This document shows, piece by piece, positions 26,185 through 36,522 of a stretch of DNA of 64,000 nucleotides (the stretch's first letter is position 1; each line of letters opens with the position of its first letter). Source of the DNA: Rhynchopus sp. YZ270_cl-10 (taxonomy: Eukaryota); the NCBI GenBank assembly GCA_964035575.1, contig OZ037836.1, positions 1,798,001 through 1,862,000 of the forward strand, given 5' to 3'. The notes beneath the pieces were generated by a model that ran no database searches, was not told the origin of the DNA, and saw only the letters and a list, made by a program, of their open reading frames with translations. The translations under genes were made by a program, and so were the position numbers.

Positions 26185-27318
26185 ATGGAAATATGTGTGA
26201 AGAGCTTTGACGGAGAGAAGTACACAGTCGAGGTGGGTGTGGATGATACAACTGCGGACATACGGCGGAAGGTGGCGTCTGCAGCAGAGTTGTGCGAAGA
26301 CGGCTTTGACATGAGCTTCGGAGGGAAGCTGCTGGCCGAAGGAGACGACACGACGCAGCTGAGTGCTGGGGACACAGTTGTGCTGACGAAGACGAAGTCG
26401 CAGAAGGACGACGCCATTGCAGCTCTTCGTGACTTGGGTGAGACAAGGCTGACGTCAGAGAGGTTCGAAGGTCTGGAAGATGGCACGCTGATTCATTTGT
26501 TTCTGCAGGCGGAGGTTGTTACTCAGGTACCCAATGAATTCTTGGCTGGTGCTTTTCTGGTGGAACTTGATCTCAGTGGTGTGCCAGGTGTGACTAAAAT
26601 AATGCCTAACTTCCTCGAGTGCAGCTCATTGCACACTGCTGATTTATCTGGGTGGAGCAATGTCACCCAGATCGAGAGCTACTTCCTCGCCAACTGCAGG
26701 AAGCTGACCACACTGGACATTTCTGGGTGGAACAATGTGACGCAAATTGGGCACGGCTTTCTCTACACCTGCAATTCGTTGACCACACTTGACTTGTCTG
26801 GGTGGAACAACGTGACGCACATAGGTAGCTTCTTCCTATACACTTGCGACGCATTGAGAACCCTTGACTTGTCTGGGTGGAGTAATGTGAGACAGGTTGA
26901 AGATCGCTTCGTTCAGAGCTGCCGCGCATTGACAACACTTGACGTATCTGGGTGGAGCCATGTGACGCAGGTAGGCTGTTCATTCGTCAGCCACTGCACC
27001 TCATTGACCACACTTGACATTTCTGGGTGGAAGAACGTGACATACATCGGTAGCTCCTTTTTCTCCAACTGCAGCTCGTTGACCACACTGGACTTATCTG
27101 GGTGGAACAATGTTACCCACATTGCAGACAACTTCATCACCAGCTGCAGCTCGTTAAGAACACTGGACTTATCTGGGTGGGCGAGTGTGATGTATATTGG
27201 GCGAGGTGCACTGAAACACTGTAACTTACGTAAATGCAGCATCAACGTCACCGGATCGAGCAGTGTTGTGTCAGAATATGTGCAGAAGCGTACCAAGCGC
27301 GAATGTGTGTGCATGTGA
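26185..27318 (+). CDS. UBL-LRR protein class B (CaaX)
   Basis: Paralog, ends KRTKRECVCM*. Confidence 0.88.
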   Translation: MEICVKSFDGEKYTVEVGVDDTTADIRRKVASAAELCEDGFDMSFGGKLLAEGDDTTQLSAGDTVVLTKTKSQKDDAIAALRDLGETRLTSERFEGLEDGTLIHLFLQAEVVTQVPNEFLAGAFLVELDLSGVPGVTKIMPNFLECSSLHTADLSGWSNVTQIESYFLANCRKLTTLDISGWNNVTQIGHGFLYTCNSLTTLDLSGWNNVTHIGSFFLYTCDALRTLDLSGWSNVRQVEDRFVQSCRALTTLDVSGWSHVTQVGCSFVSHCTSLTTLDISGWKNVTYIGSSFFSNCSSLTTLDLSGWNNVTHIADNFITSCSSLRTLDLSGWASVMYIGRGALKHCNLRKCSINVTGSSSVVSEYVQKRTKRECVCM

Positions 27319-27713
27319 GACACATGCATCTTTCGAGAGGCTAGCTGCTCATTACCCTGTTCAAGCAACAACCTTTTTTGATTTTTAAAGTGAAACACAA
27401 AAATCACTGAAGATGTCGACCCCTTCGGACCTTCCGAATACAACTGTATGATGCTTAGAATCGAGAGGCGAGCTGCTCATTGTAGGTTGCCATTAGGGAG
27501 GGCGTTCTGAGATACACACGCCTCACAAAGACCGCAACCCGAAGGAGTGATACTTAATGAGGACATGAGCAACAACAAACAACGAATAAGGGGGGGCATT
27601 TCATTTTCACATTATTTCACTTTGCGCCACATCAGGATTTCACTCTGCGTTCAACGAAAATACGTATTCCTTCCTTTTTATCAAGTTATCAAGGACGATC
27701 GGTTGGCGGGTAT

Positions 27714-27943
27714 ACTTGTCTTGTTTTTGCCACTTACTCAGGTAAGGTTGGAAAGGGGAATTGAGAACACTAACACCAAGCACCAACATCAAGCAGAAGT
27801 TCCACATTTTTTTTATGAAATAATTTTTTGGTTTTTTGCGCCCGATCTCGCTCCCCTCGTCTTTCTTTCTCTCTCTCTCTCTTTTCCAATGATTTTCACT
27901 TCTCGTGAGACTTGGGTGACGAACTGCCCGAGTGGTCAGGCGA
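27714..27943 (+). pseudogene. Truncated duplicate of the 5' flank and first codons of the 31170 membrane-protein gene
   Basis: Matches ~30991-31224 (ATGATTTTCACTTCTCG...GGTCAGGCGA), then joins the class-A downstream repeat (TTCACATGATCTTCCC). Confidence 0.65.
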
Positions 27944-29236
27944 TTCACATGATCTTCCCTTGAAGGGAGACTGGGAAGAATGAAAGATGGGGGACAGGAG
28001 GCTGGGGATACATGCAAAGTTAATTGAGAGAGCCGCTATTATTTGTGGATGAACTTATTTGGGGGTACTTTACCAAAAACAAAATGGAAATGATAAAAAA
28101 GTGAAAGTGGAGATGTCACCACTGCGACAACACAACCGCGGCAACGACACTATTCCAACAAGTCTTTAAATCTAATCCAATCAAATGTTCAACAAAAAAA
28201 AAACACAAAAACACAAACAACAAATAAGTCATCCCTCTGAGTGACCTCTCCCCTCTTTTTACTTGCATGATGAAACACATTTCTCGCTCTACGCACACAC
28301 TATGTCTGATACACCCCAACCACCCATTTGTCCCGACACGGTCTTTGTATTGGATACACTACACCACACTCTCGCACTCTGAGGATGCGCGTCAACTGTT
28401 ATTACACCATTCGGGAGCTCAGCAACCACGCAGCAGAGCTGCACGCACTGAAGGCGTTGGATGGGCGATCCTGCTTGACGGATGGCCTTACGTGGTCCAC
28501 AGCAGGGGTACTGCCATGACTGGACTGCCATAGGGGGTTGCGTACCTTGACGAGCATGTACGCGAGCAGTATGTTGCGGTGTTGGAACGGAGAAGGGTGC
28601 AACTGGGGTGGCGATGAAAAGTATTGGTTGAAATATCTGCCTTCATCTACGGTGTCCCGGCAGATCGTTTGGGGGATGCTGGGGTGGACGGGGACTATGG
28701 GGGAATGGTTTGTGGGGTGGCACAGAGTAATTCTGTGTCAGCTGGTGGTCTGTGGGGGATGTGGGATGAAAATGTGGCATTGGAAGCGCGGCGATGGTGG
28801 GGTTTTGGGATGACGTGGCCCTGCAAGGCGTGACCCTGGTAGGTGCAGACCCGGAGGTGAAGCTGACCTCATTCGTGCACTGTGCAGGCCACGCGGTTGT
28901 TGCGGTTTGGTTCGTGGTCCTCGGACACAGCCTCCGTGACGCTGCACTTCAACAGCGACATCCTTAGGGGTGTTCCTCATACACAGTACAGTCCTTGCAG
29001 CAATATTCATTTCGTTCTCGCAGATCAGCGGCGCAGGGATTAGCTCCACATAGCCTCACCCACGGGGAAGAAGACCCCAGCCAGAACCACCGTACGAATG
29101 GAGGAACTGCAGAAAACGCCAATACCAACGTTTTCGAGCATTTGTTCAGGGTTGAAACCCTGCAAAATGGGGTATTTCTTGTCTTGTCCTCCACACCCAC
29201 CACACAGAGATCAGAACACAAAACCACAACAAACAA

Positions 29237-30361
29237 ATGGACGTGCACTTCGAGGATTTCAGAGCGAATCAGCACACAGTCGAGGTGGGTGAAGATGACA
29301 CAGTGGAGGGCTTGCGGCGGAAGGTGGCGTCTGCAATGGGGTTGCCTGAAGACAGCTTTTGCATGAGTTTCGATGGCGAAGCGATGGGAGAAGGATACGA
29401 CATGACGCAGCTGAGTGCTGGTGAGACAATCATCCTGACGAAGACGAAGACGAAGAAGTACGAAGCCATTGCAGAGCTTCATGCGTTGGGTGAGACCAAC
29501 ATCACAGCCGAGAGGCTGGAGAGTGTGAGGGATCCTGAGGTGGCGTGTTTGCTTCTGCAGGCGGAGGTTGCGACTGTCATTCCTTATCATTTCTTGAGGG
29601 AGACATCGTTAACGCACCTTGATCTCGGTGCTGTGTCCTTTGTGACACAGATTGAAGAGAGCTTCCTCGAGGAGTGCACCTCGTTAACAAGTATCGACCT
29701 CTCTGGGTTGAGCAATGTGACGGTGATTGGCAGGAACTTTCTTTACAAATGCAACTCGTTAACCACCCTGGATCTGACACCACTTGGCAACGTTACGAGG
29801 ATAGATAATTACTTTCTTTCCGGCTGCAACTCTTTAACCAGCCTGGATCTCACACCACTCCACAACGTTACGAGGATTGGCACTTTCTTTATTTCCTACT
29901 GCAACTCGTTAACCACCCTTGATCTGACACCACTTGGCAACGTGACGGAGTTTGGCTTTTTCTTTCTTGCCGGCTGCAGCTCTTTAACCACCGTGGATCT
30001 TACACCACTCCACAACGTGACGAAGATTAGCGACAGCTTTCTTCAGCGCTGCACCTCTTTAACCACCCTGGATCTGACACCACTCCACAACGTTACGAGT
30101 ATTTGCAGTAACTTTCTTCTGTGCTGCTCTTTAACCACCCTGGATCTCTCACCACTTAACAAGGTTAAGTACGTTGGTTCCGGTTTTGCTGGGAACTGCA
30201 CGTCGTTGACGAGTATTTACCTTTCCGGCTGCAGCAGTGCTGTGTCCAACAAAGTAAGGAAGAGTGAGCATCTGAGGCAGTTTGTGGTTGAAGCACGTCC
30301 GAAACGCAGCAGAGACGAATCCCCCGAGCAAAGCCAGAAGCGACAGAGACACGCACAATGA
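29237..30361 (+). CDS. UBL-LRR protein class A (NLS-like tail)
   Basis: Paralog, ends RPKRSRDESPEQSQKRQRHAQ. Confidence 0.88.
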   Translation: MDVHFEDFRANQHTVEVGEDDTVEGLRRKVASAMGLPEDSFCMSFDGEAMGEGYDMTQLSAGETIILTKTKTKKYEAIAELHALGETNITAERLESVRDPEVACLLLQAEVATVIPYHFLRETSLTHLDLGAVSFVTQIEESFLEECTSLTSIDLSGLSNVTVIGRNFLYKCNSLTTLDLTPLGNVTRIDNYFLSGCNSLTSLDLTPLHNVTRIGTFFISYCNSLTTLDLTPLGNVTEFGFFFLAGCSSLTTVDLTPLHNVTKISDSFLQRCTSLTTLDLTPLHNVTSICSNFLLCCSLTTLDLSPLNKVKYVGSGFAGNCTSLTSIYLSGCSSAVSNKVRKSEHLRQFVVEARPKRSRDESPEQSQKRQRHAQ

Positions 30362-31169
30362 CGACGTGGTGTGCTGGTGGGAGGGGATAAAGGGAAGGAA
30401 TGGAAGAAGGGTACGAAGGGAGGTGGGAAGGGGGCCGGTAGGTACTGCCTACTCTACTCGTCTGCACAAACATTACAAAACAAAGAAAGACACAAAAACA
30501 TAGGAGGCATAAAGCAGGGAAAGGGGTTGAGGGACAGGAGGATAGGGATAAAGTCTGCCTAGATCAGAAGCGGACCTGTGTTCACATGATCTTCCCTTGA
30601 AGGGAGACTGGGAAGAATGAAAGCTGGGGGACAGGAGGCTGGGGAGACATATAAAGTTAATTGGGAGAACCGCTATTATTTGGGGATGAACTTATTTGGG
30701 GGTACTTTACCAGAAACAAAATGGAAATGATAGAAAAGAGAAAGTGGAGATGCCACAACTGGGCAACACAACCGCGGCAACGACACTATTCCAACAAGTC
30801 TTTAAATCTAATCCAATCAAATTTTCAACAAAAAAAACACAAAAAGACAAACAAAAAAGAAGTCATCCCTCTGAGTGACCTCTCCCCTCTTTTTACTTTT
30901 GCATTATGAAACACATTTCTCGCTCTACGCACACACTATGTCTGATACACCCCAACCACCCATTTGTCCCGACACGGTCTTTGTATTGGAGTTGTCTTGT
31001 TTTTGCCACTTACTCAGGTAAGGTTGGAAGGGGGAATTGAGCACACTACCACGACAACATCAAACAAAGCAGAAGTTCCACATTTTATTACGCGAATTTT
31101 TTTTTTTTTTTGGCTTTTGCGCCCGATCTCGCTCCCCTCGTCTCTTTTTCTCTCTCTCTCTCTTTTCCA

Positions 31170-31946
31170 ATGATTTTCACTTCTCGCGAGACTTGGGTGA
31201 CAACCTGCCCGAGTGGTCAGGCGACAGTGAGGGAGACGTTAGAGTTGCTTGAGTACTTGGTGCTGTTGTGCCCGGTAGGTTACTTGATGGCCCGTGTGTT
31301 GGACTTGCAGGAGTGGATCAAGCCTGAGTTTTGGTGCTGCCTGCAGCTGTTCTTTGTTGTGCTGTTGGCGGTGCGGGAGCGCCTGCGTCGCGTAGGCGAC
31401 AAGGAGAAGCTTCTCGCCGCCGCCGCTGCAGCGAAGGAGCCGACACCTCCCCACACCGCCACCCTCTCCACCCGCATCAAGCACTTCCTCACAAGCACAC
31501 AGTGCGGGACGGACCGCCATAAGCCTGCGAAAACCTTCGTCAAAGGCCTCAGCTGCTTTCTCTTCGCCCTCCCCGCTCTCGAAATCTGCTTTTTTGCCGA
31601 GCCGCACTACAGCCTCGACCGGCACGAAGTGTACATGCTCCTCTCGCAGTGTGTCTTCTCCTTCATGGCGGACTACGCAATGGTGCCGTTCAACTCCATC
31701 TGGCACCCTGCGGATCGGATCTCGGCGCTACTGCTGACATTGTACGGGCTGGTGAAGCCCTTCGTCATGGGGTACAACATGGAGGATACCTTCTGCGCGT
31801 ACGTCGCGGTGGCGGCGGTGTGTGTGTACTTCTCGCAAGTTGCGCGCAGGCACCACGGCCTACAGACGCACCATGTGCACCACGCGTTGTTCCACGTCGT
31901 CGTAGCCTCGGGGTGGAGTTACACCTCGCTCTGTGTCTTTTATTGA
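31170..31946 (+). CDS. Multi-pass membrane protein, possibly CREST-superfamily-like (ceramidase/PAQR-type)
   Basis: GC-rich ORF with ~7 hydrophobic segments, motifs SFMAD and HPADR, and a C-terminal HALFH (HxxxH). The start is the first ATG after a pyrimidine tract. Confidence 0.65.
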   Translation: MIFTSRETWVTTCPSGQATVRETLELLEYLVLLCPVGYLMARVLDLQEWIKPEFWCCLQLFFVVLLAVRERLRRVGDKEKLLAAAAAAKEPTPPHTATLSTRIKHFLTSTQCGTDRHKPAKTFVKGLSCFLFALPALEICFFAEPHYSLDRHEVYMLLSQCVFSFMADYAMVPFNSIWHPADRISALLLTLYGLVKPFVMGYNMEDTFCAYVAVAAVCVYFSQVARRHHGLQTHHVHHALFHVVVASGWSYTSLCVFY

Positions 31947-32819
31947 ATGAACAGGGCGTGCTAAAAAGTTCTTTTTTTTTTTTTTTGGAAAAAAATGTGG
32001 GGGGTGGAAATGTTTTTTTTTTGGGGGGGGAAGGGGACTCGGGGAGGGAGGGGGCTTTACGCACACTACTTTGTGAGCGGAAAGTGTCAACGTCGTTCAC
32101 TCACCCAACCATGCTCCGCCACCACCCAACAGGTGATTTTTAGTGTGTGTGGAAGCGTCAACGCATCAAACAACTACAAGAAGGGGGGTGAGGGAACGAC
32201 AAGTGACACCTTTTAATCAAAATGCCAGACGACCACCTTATGTCATGCAAAATGACATGTCACTTTCTTCGCATGTAATGGGGTGATTTGGAGTCTTTTT
32301 TCCCCCGAAAATTCACTAGGGATACGTATAAAATCCACAAAACACTCAATGCAGAGTTATCCCTGTACTTCTTGTTGTTGTTGTTCGTCTCAATCTTTGT
32401 CTCTGTTTGACCTCTTGCGTTTGCTATCCTCTATTCGTGTGGTGCTTTTTGGGGTGCCTAAGGGCTTTCAATACAATGCAATGTGCCCTAGTTTCGACAG
32501 CGAAACGTTTCCCCATGTATTTCACGAAAAAAAAACAATAATTATGAGAAACAGGTGCAGGGTGGTTCCGTGCATATCATAGAACCCGGCACCTTTTGTG
32601 TGTCTCCCAAAAAACCAAAAAAAAAGCGTTGTGTGTGAAGTTTCTGAAGGAATGAAGGAAAAATAAAATTGTTTTGTCTCAATCTTTGTCCCTGTTGGAC
32701 CGCGGATACGGTAAAGAATTAGTTACTTCACTAAATAAATCGGGGGGGAAATATGGAAATCAGCGGAGGCCGGTTTAAGTGCCAAAACGCAATTTTTTTT
32801 TTCTTCTTTTGATGCATTG

Positions 32820-32958
32820 TCCACCTGAATTTTACCCCGCGTATAGGCGTGTACAGGCGTGTATAGGGCCGTATAGGACCGTACAGGCATATACGGACCG
32901 TCCGTACACGCCTTTACGCGCTTGTACGCGCCTATACGCGGGGTAAAAATCGGGTGGA
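32820..32958. mobile_element. 139-bp palindromic MITE-like element
   Basis: TCCACCTGAATTTTACCCCGCGTATAGGCG ... CGCCTATACGCGGGGTAAAAATCGGGTGGA, with TTG on both sides and internal ~10-bp GTA(T/C)AGG repeats. Confidence 0.6.
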
Positions 32959-33308
32959 TTGTGTGCACGCACGCAAAGAGATTCATTTTTTTTAACTTTT
33001 TTTTGGGTGTAGCGTTGGTCAGCAACCTATTTCCACGTGGTTCTCGGCTCGCATGGTCCTCCCGGGTAGAGGAGGTGTCATTTTTCGGGAAAACACTTTC
33101 CCCCCGTTTCGTGAAGCTTTGAGAGGCTTTGGCGTGGGTAGCGTACCAGCTAAACAACAAAATGAACAAAGGTTTTTAAATTATTTTTACGTTCTTCCCA
33201 CATCGCACTTCACCACAACCTCTCCCATGGGGTGTATTGTGTCATGGGTGTTTAGTTTCTATTTTTGCGCCATCGAAAAACCCTCACAAAACAGAGAGAC
33301 ACAAAACC

Positions 33309-34049
33309 ATGGAAATATGTGTGGAGAGCTTTGACGGAGAGAAGTACACAGTCGAGGTGGGTGTGGATGATACAACTGCGGACATACGGCGGAAGGTGGC
33401 GTCTGCAGCAGAGTTGTGCGAAGACGGCTTTGACATGAGCTTCGGAGGGAAGCTGCTGGCCGAAGGAGACGACACGACGCAGCTGAGTGCTGGGGACACA
33501 GTTGTGCTGACGAAGACGAAGTCACAGAAGGACGACGCCATTGCAGCTCTTCATGACTTGGGTGAGACAGCGCTGACGTCAGAGAGGTTCAAACGTCTGA
33601 CAGAGCCCAAGCTGATTCGTTTGTTTCTGCAGGCGGAGGTTGTTACTGAGATACCCAATTACTTCTTGTGGAACAATGTGACGCACAGCCGACCCTATTT
33701 CGTCTCCCACTGCAGCGCATTGCAAACCCTTGACTTATCTGGGTGGAACAATGTAACGACTGTCGGATCTTGCTTCCTCTCCAACTGCAGCGCATTGACG
33801 ACACTGGACTTATCTGGGTGGAACAATGTTACGCAGGTTGGGAGGCACTTCCTCTTCAACTGTACCTCATTGACCACCCTTGACTTGTCTGGGTGGAATA
33901 ATGTTACGCAGATTCATCCACACTTCCTGGAAGGATGCAACATACGGACAAGCAGCATCAATGTCACCGGATCGAGCAGTGTTGTGACGAAATATGTGCA
34001 CAGCCGTAAGGTAAAGCACAAAACCAAACACAAATGTGTGTGCATGTGA
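33309..34049 (+). CDS. UBL-LRR protein class B (CaaX), internally deleted
   Basis: 336 nt shorter, in frame, than the closest paralog at 38344. Ends KHKCVCM*. Confidence 0.82.
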   Translation: MEICVESFDGEKYTVEVGVDDTTADIRRKVASAAELCEDGFDMSFGGKLLAEGDDTTQLSAGDTVVLTKTKSQKDDAIAALHDLGETALTSERFKRLTEPKLIRLFLQAEVVTEIPNYFLWNNVTHSRPYFVSHCSALQTLDLSGWNNVTTVGSCFLSNCSALTTLDLSGWNNVTQVGRHFLFNCTSLTTLDLSGWNNVTQIHPHFLEGCNIRTSSINVTGSSSVVTKYVHSRKVKHKTKHKCVCM

Positions 34050-34206
34050 GGCACTGTTTGCTCATGCAAGACAACACCAAACCTCTTCTTCTTTTCAACG
34101 CACACTCTGCAGTGGGAAATGATCCAAACTACTGTGCACTGATTTTCCGAATGAGGAAGCAGACTCCCTGAGTTACACTGTGTGTCACCTACACAACATA
34201 GCCAGT

Positions 34207-34245
34207 ACCAACGATTTCTAAAGCTACAGTTTCTGTACTTCATTG
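34207..34245 (+). ncRNA. Spliced-leader (SL) exon sequence, euglenozoan/diplonemid type (orphan copy)
   Basis: ACCAACGATTTCTAAAGCTACAGTTTCTGTACTTCATTG, 39 nt. It carries the conserved ACAGTTTCTGTACTxxATTG 3' half of kinetoplastid/diplonemid SL exons as I recall them, and is followed by GT. Confidence 0.85.
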
Positions 34246-34298
34246 GTCGAGGTGTGTGCGTTTCACCACAAATCTTACACAACCTCTACAAAAATAAA

Positions 34299-35288
34299 AT
34301 GTCCCGGGCAGACATGCGTTTGGACGATGTCAAGTGGGAGGAGGTAAAGGTAGTGTCGGAGGTCCCCAAGGGAGCTTTGGAGCCGACGCAAATTCCGGAC
34401 TGTGTGTTTCCCCAGTGCGGTGAAACACACCGTGACGGAGAATCGGGCACGTGCCGTATGTGCGGTAGGCGGACGACGGCCGCATGACTCGACGCCAACC
34501 TGCGGGCGTATGGGGATGCACTCGACACCTTCTCGGTAGGGTTCAAGGACGCGACGTGGGTTTGTCTCGTGTGTGCAGTACGGGTGCACCAGGGGGTACA
34601 ACAGTGGGATATGCGTGACAAGAGCGAAGGTAAGGAGGCGGAACCAGACCAGCAAGGAGGGCTTCTACAACAGGTAAAGGACCCCGCATCCCAGCAACTT
34701 TTCGAAGCTCTTTTGGCGGAGCGGGAGGCACATCGGCAGGAGCGCGAAGAAATGAGATTGGAGAGAGATGAGGTGGCGCGGGGACTGACGGGAACCCTCA
34801 TCCAGAGGGTGTCGTCATGGTACGGCCGAATGCGCTTCCCGGCGATGCAGCAGATGGCGCGCCATGCCCTTTACGAGAGGTATGGCCGCGGCGCGGAGGA
34901 CGCAGGTACCGCCGCTTCGGGGGCGGAGCACGAGATCCGCACGCTGTATGGCGTCATTCTTCCCTTGCTCCCTTTGGTGGTGGCCCATCCGGAGGCAAGG
35001 GAGGCGGTGCACAGGGGTGTGTTGAGGATGGAGTCCGTGCGTCTCCGTACGTATTACGGACACGATGCAGCGGTCTTGTGGGAGACCAAGATGCAGCACA
35101 CCCTGTGTGCGGACCTGACGGATCAGCTGCTTCGGGCAGTTACGTCGCAGGCCCAGACCGCGGGGGAAAAGGAGGCCGAGCAGAGGAAGAGGAGGAGAAT
35201 TGAACTGGACTCAAATTTTGCGCAGGGAGACGTTAGGTTCGGACAGAAGGGGGGAAAAGGGGGGAAGGGGGGGAAGGGGAAGAAGTGA
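34299..35288 (+). CDS. gag-like ORF1 of the YR element (in-frame TGA at 34485-34487)
   Basis: ATG 34299 is in frame with ORF 34569-35288. Cys pairs CVFPQC, CRMC and CLVC, a coiled-coil stretch and a GGK-repeat basic tail. Confidence 0.6.
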
Positions 35289-35342
35289 CAGTCCCACCCA
35301 CCCACCCATCACGAGGAACTGCTACGGGTAGAGGGGGAGAAG

Positions 35343-36522
35343 GTGTTGTGTGCGCAGCAGCCGCAGCTAAACATACTAAACTACGTAACTACGACACCAA
35401 ATCACACCACGAAGCAAAATCCGAAGAAAGCATATGGCAGCGCACTGCAAAACATACTAAACTACGAAGCTACGACACCAACTCACAACACGAAACAAAA
35501 TCCGAAGAAAGCATGTGCCAGCGCACTGCAAAACATACTACGGGGAGAGGGGGAGAGGATGCAGGGACGGACGGCGGACAGGGTGGAGACGGGGCTGCAG
35601 CGGAGGCTACGGCAGGAACCGTGCACTCTGGGGAGACCGCGCAGATACGAAGGGGGTCACCTCACGCTAGAGGAGAGGGGCAAGATCACCACGAATGCAA
35701 ACCTTATCCTCGACCAGGCTTTGGCGAAGAGTACGTGGGGGAACATAGCGTCGTGCTACCGCCGTTTCGCGGAGCTTCGCAAAGCATGGGAGGAAGCCGA
35801 AGGCGTGCTGGACGTTCCGACTGCGATCATCTTGTGGGTATCCAAGAAGATAGAGATGGACGGCATAGCTCACAGCTCTGCGCTGGCATACACGTACGCG
35901 ATCTCTTCTGCGCGCAAACACCTCTTGGAGAAGCCGGTCGAAAGCACGAAGCTGGACGCTTTCCGGAGGGGTTTACGGCGAATGGGAGCCGAGGTTCCGA
36001 GGGTGCAAGCGATACCGGCGACAAGGGAGGAAGCGGAGCAAGCCATGCGAGAGGAAAGCGACCCCGAAGTGCGTCTAGCGATAGGTTTGATGTGGTACGG
36101 AGCTGCAAGACACTCAGACGTGATGAGCATCGCCGCGAGGGAGGTAACGACTCAAGGGGATACATCGGCGATCACCTGGAGAGGAACCAAGAACGATCCT
36201 TTTGGGAAAGGACAGACGACGGGACTGACGCTGGACAAGGGCATGACGCAGCTACTACACAGGGCGAAACGAGGGAACCAGGGGCAACTTCTGCAACACG
36301 CATCCTACTTCAAAGTAGCGAAGGCACTGAAGAAGGTCAACAAGAAGCTGACTCCACAGCCTACGGCGGGGGGCAATACACAGGCTTGTCACAAGGGACC
36401 TGGAGTTGGAAGACGTGTGCAAGGTGACGCGACACAAGACCGTGGAGGGGCTTCTGCAGTACGCGCCGCTGGCAGCAACGACACTGGTAAAGAAGACGGC
36501 CGCGATCTCTCAGCTCCTATGA
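35343..36522 (+). pseudogene. Tyrosine recombinase with a frameshift at ~36354
   Basis: GAARHSD (catalytic R) and TKNDPFGKG (K) are in the main frame. The shifted frame from 36355 gives HSLRRGA...VTRHKTVEGLLQY* (HxxR, H, Y). Restoring 2 nt gives LTPHSLRRG. Confidence 0.85.
35369..35540 (+). repeat. 81-bp tandem repeat (~2.1 copies) in the YR N-terminal region
   Basis: NILNYVTTTPNHTTKQNPKKAYGSALQ / NILNYEATTPTHNTKQNPKKACASALQ / NIL. Confidence 0.85.

Noticed and set aside
28405..28990. SNHAAELHAL, resembling an RNase H motif in a GC-rich intergenic patch
   Set aside because: Too degraded (stops and frameshifts) to support a retroelement relic by eye.
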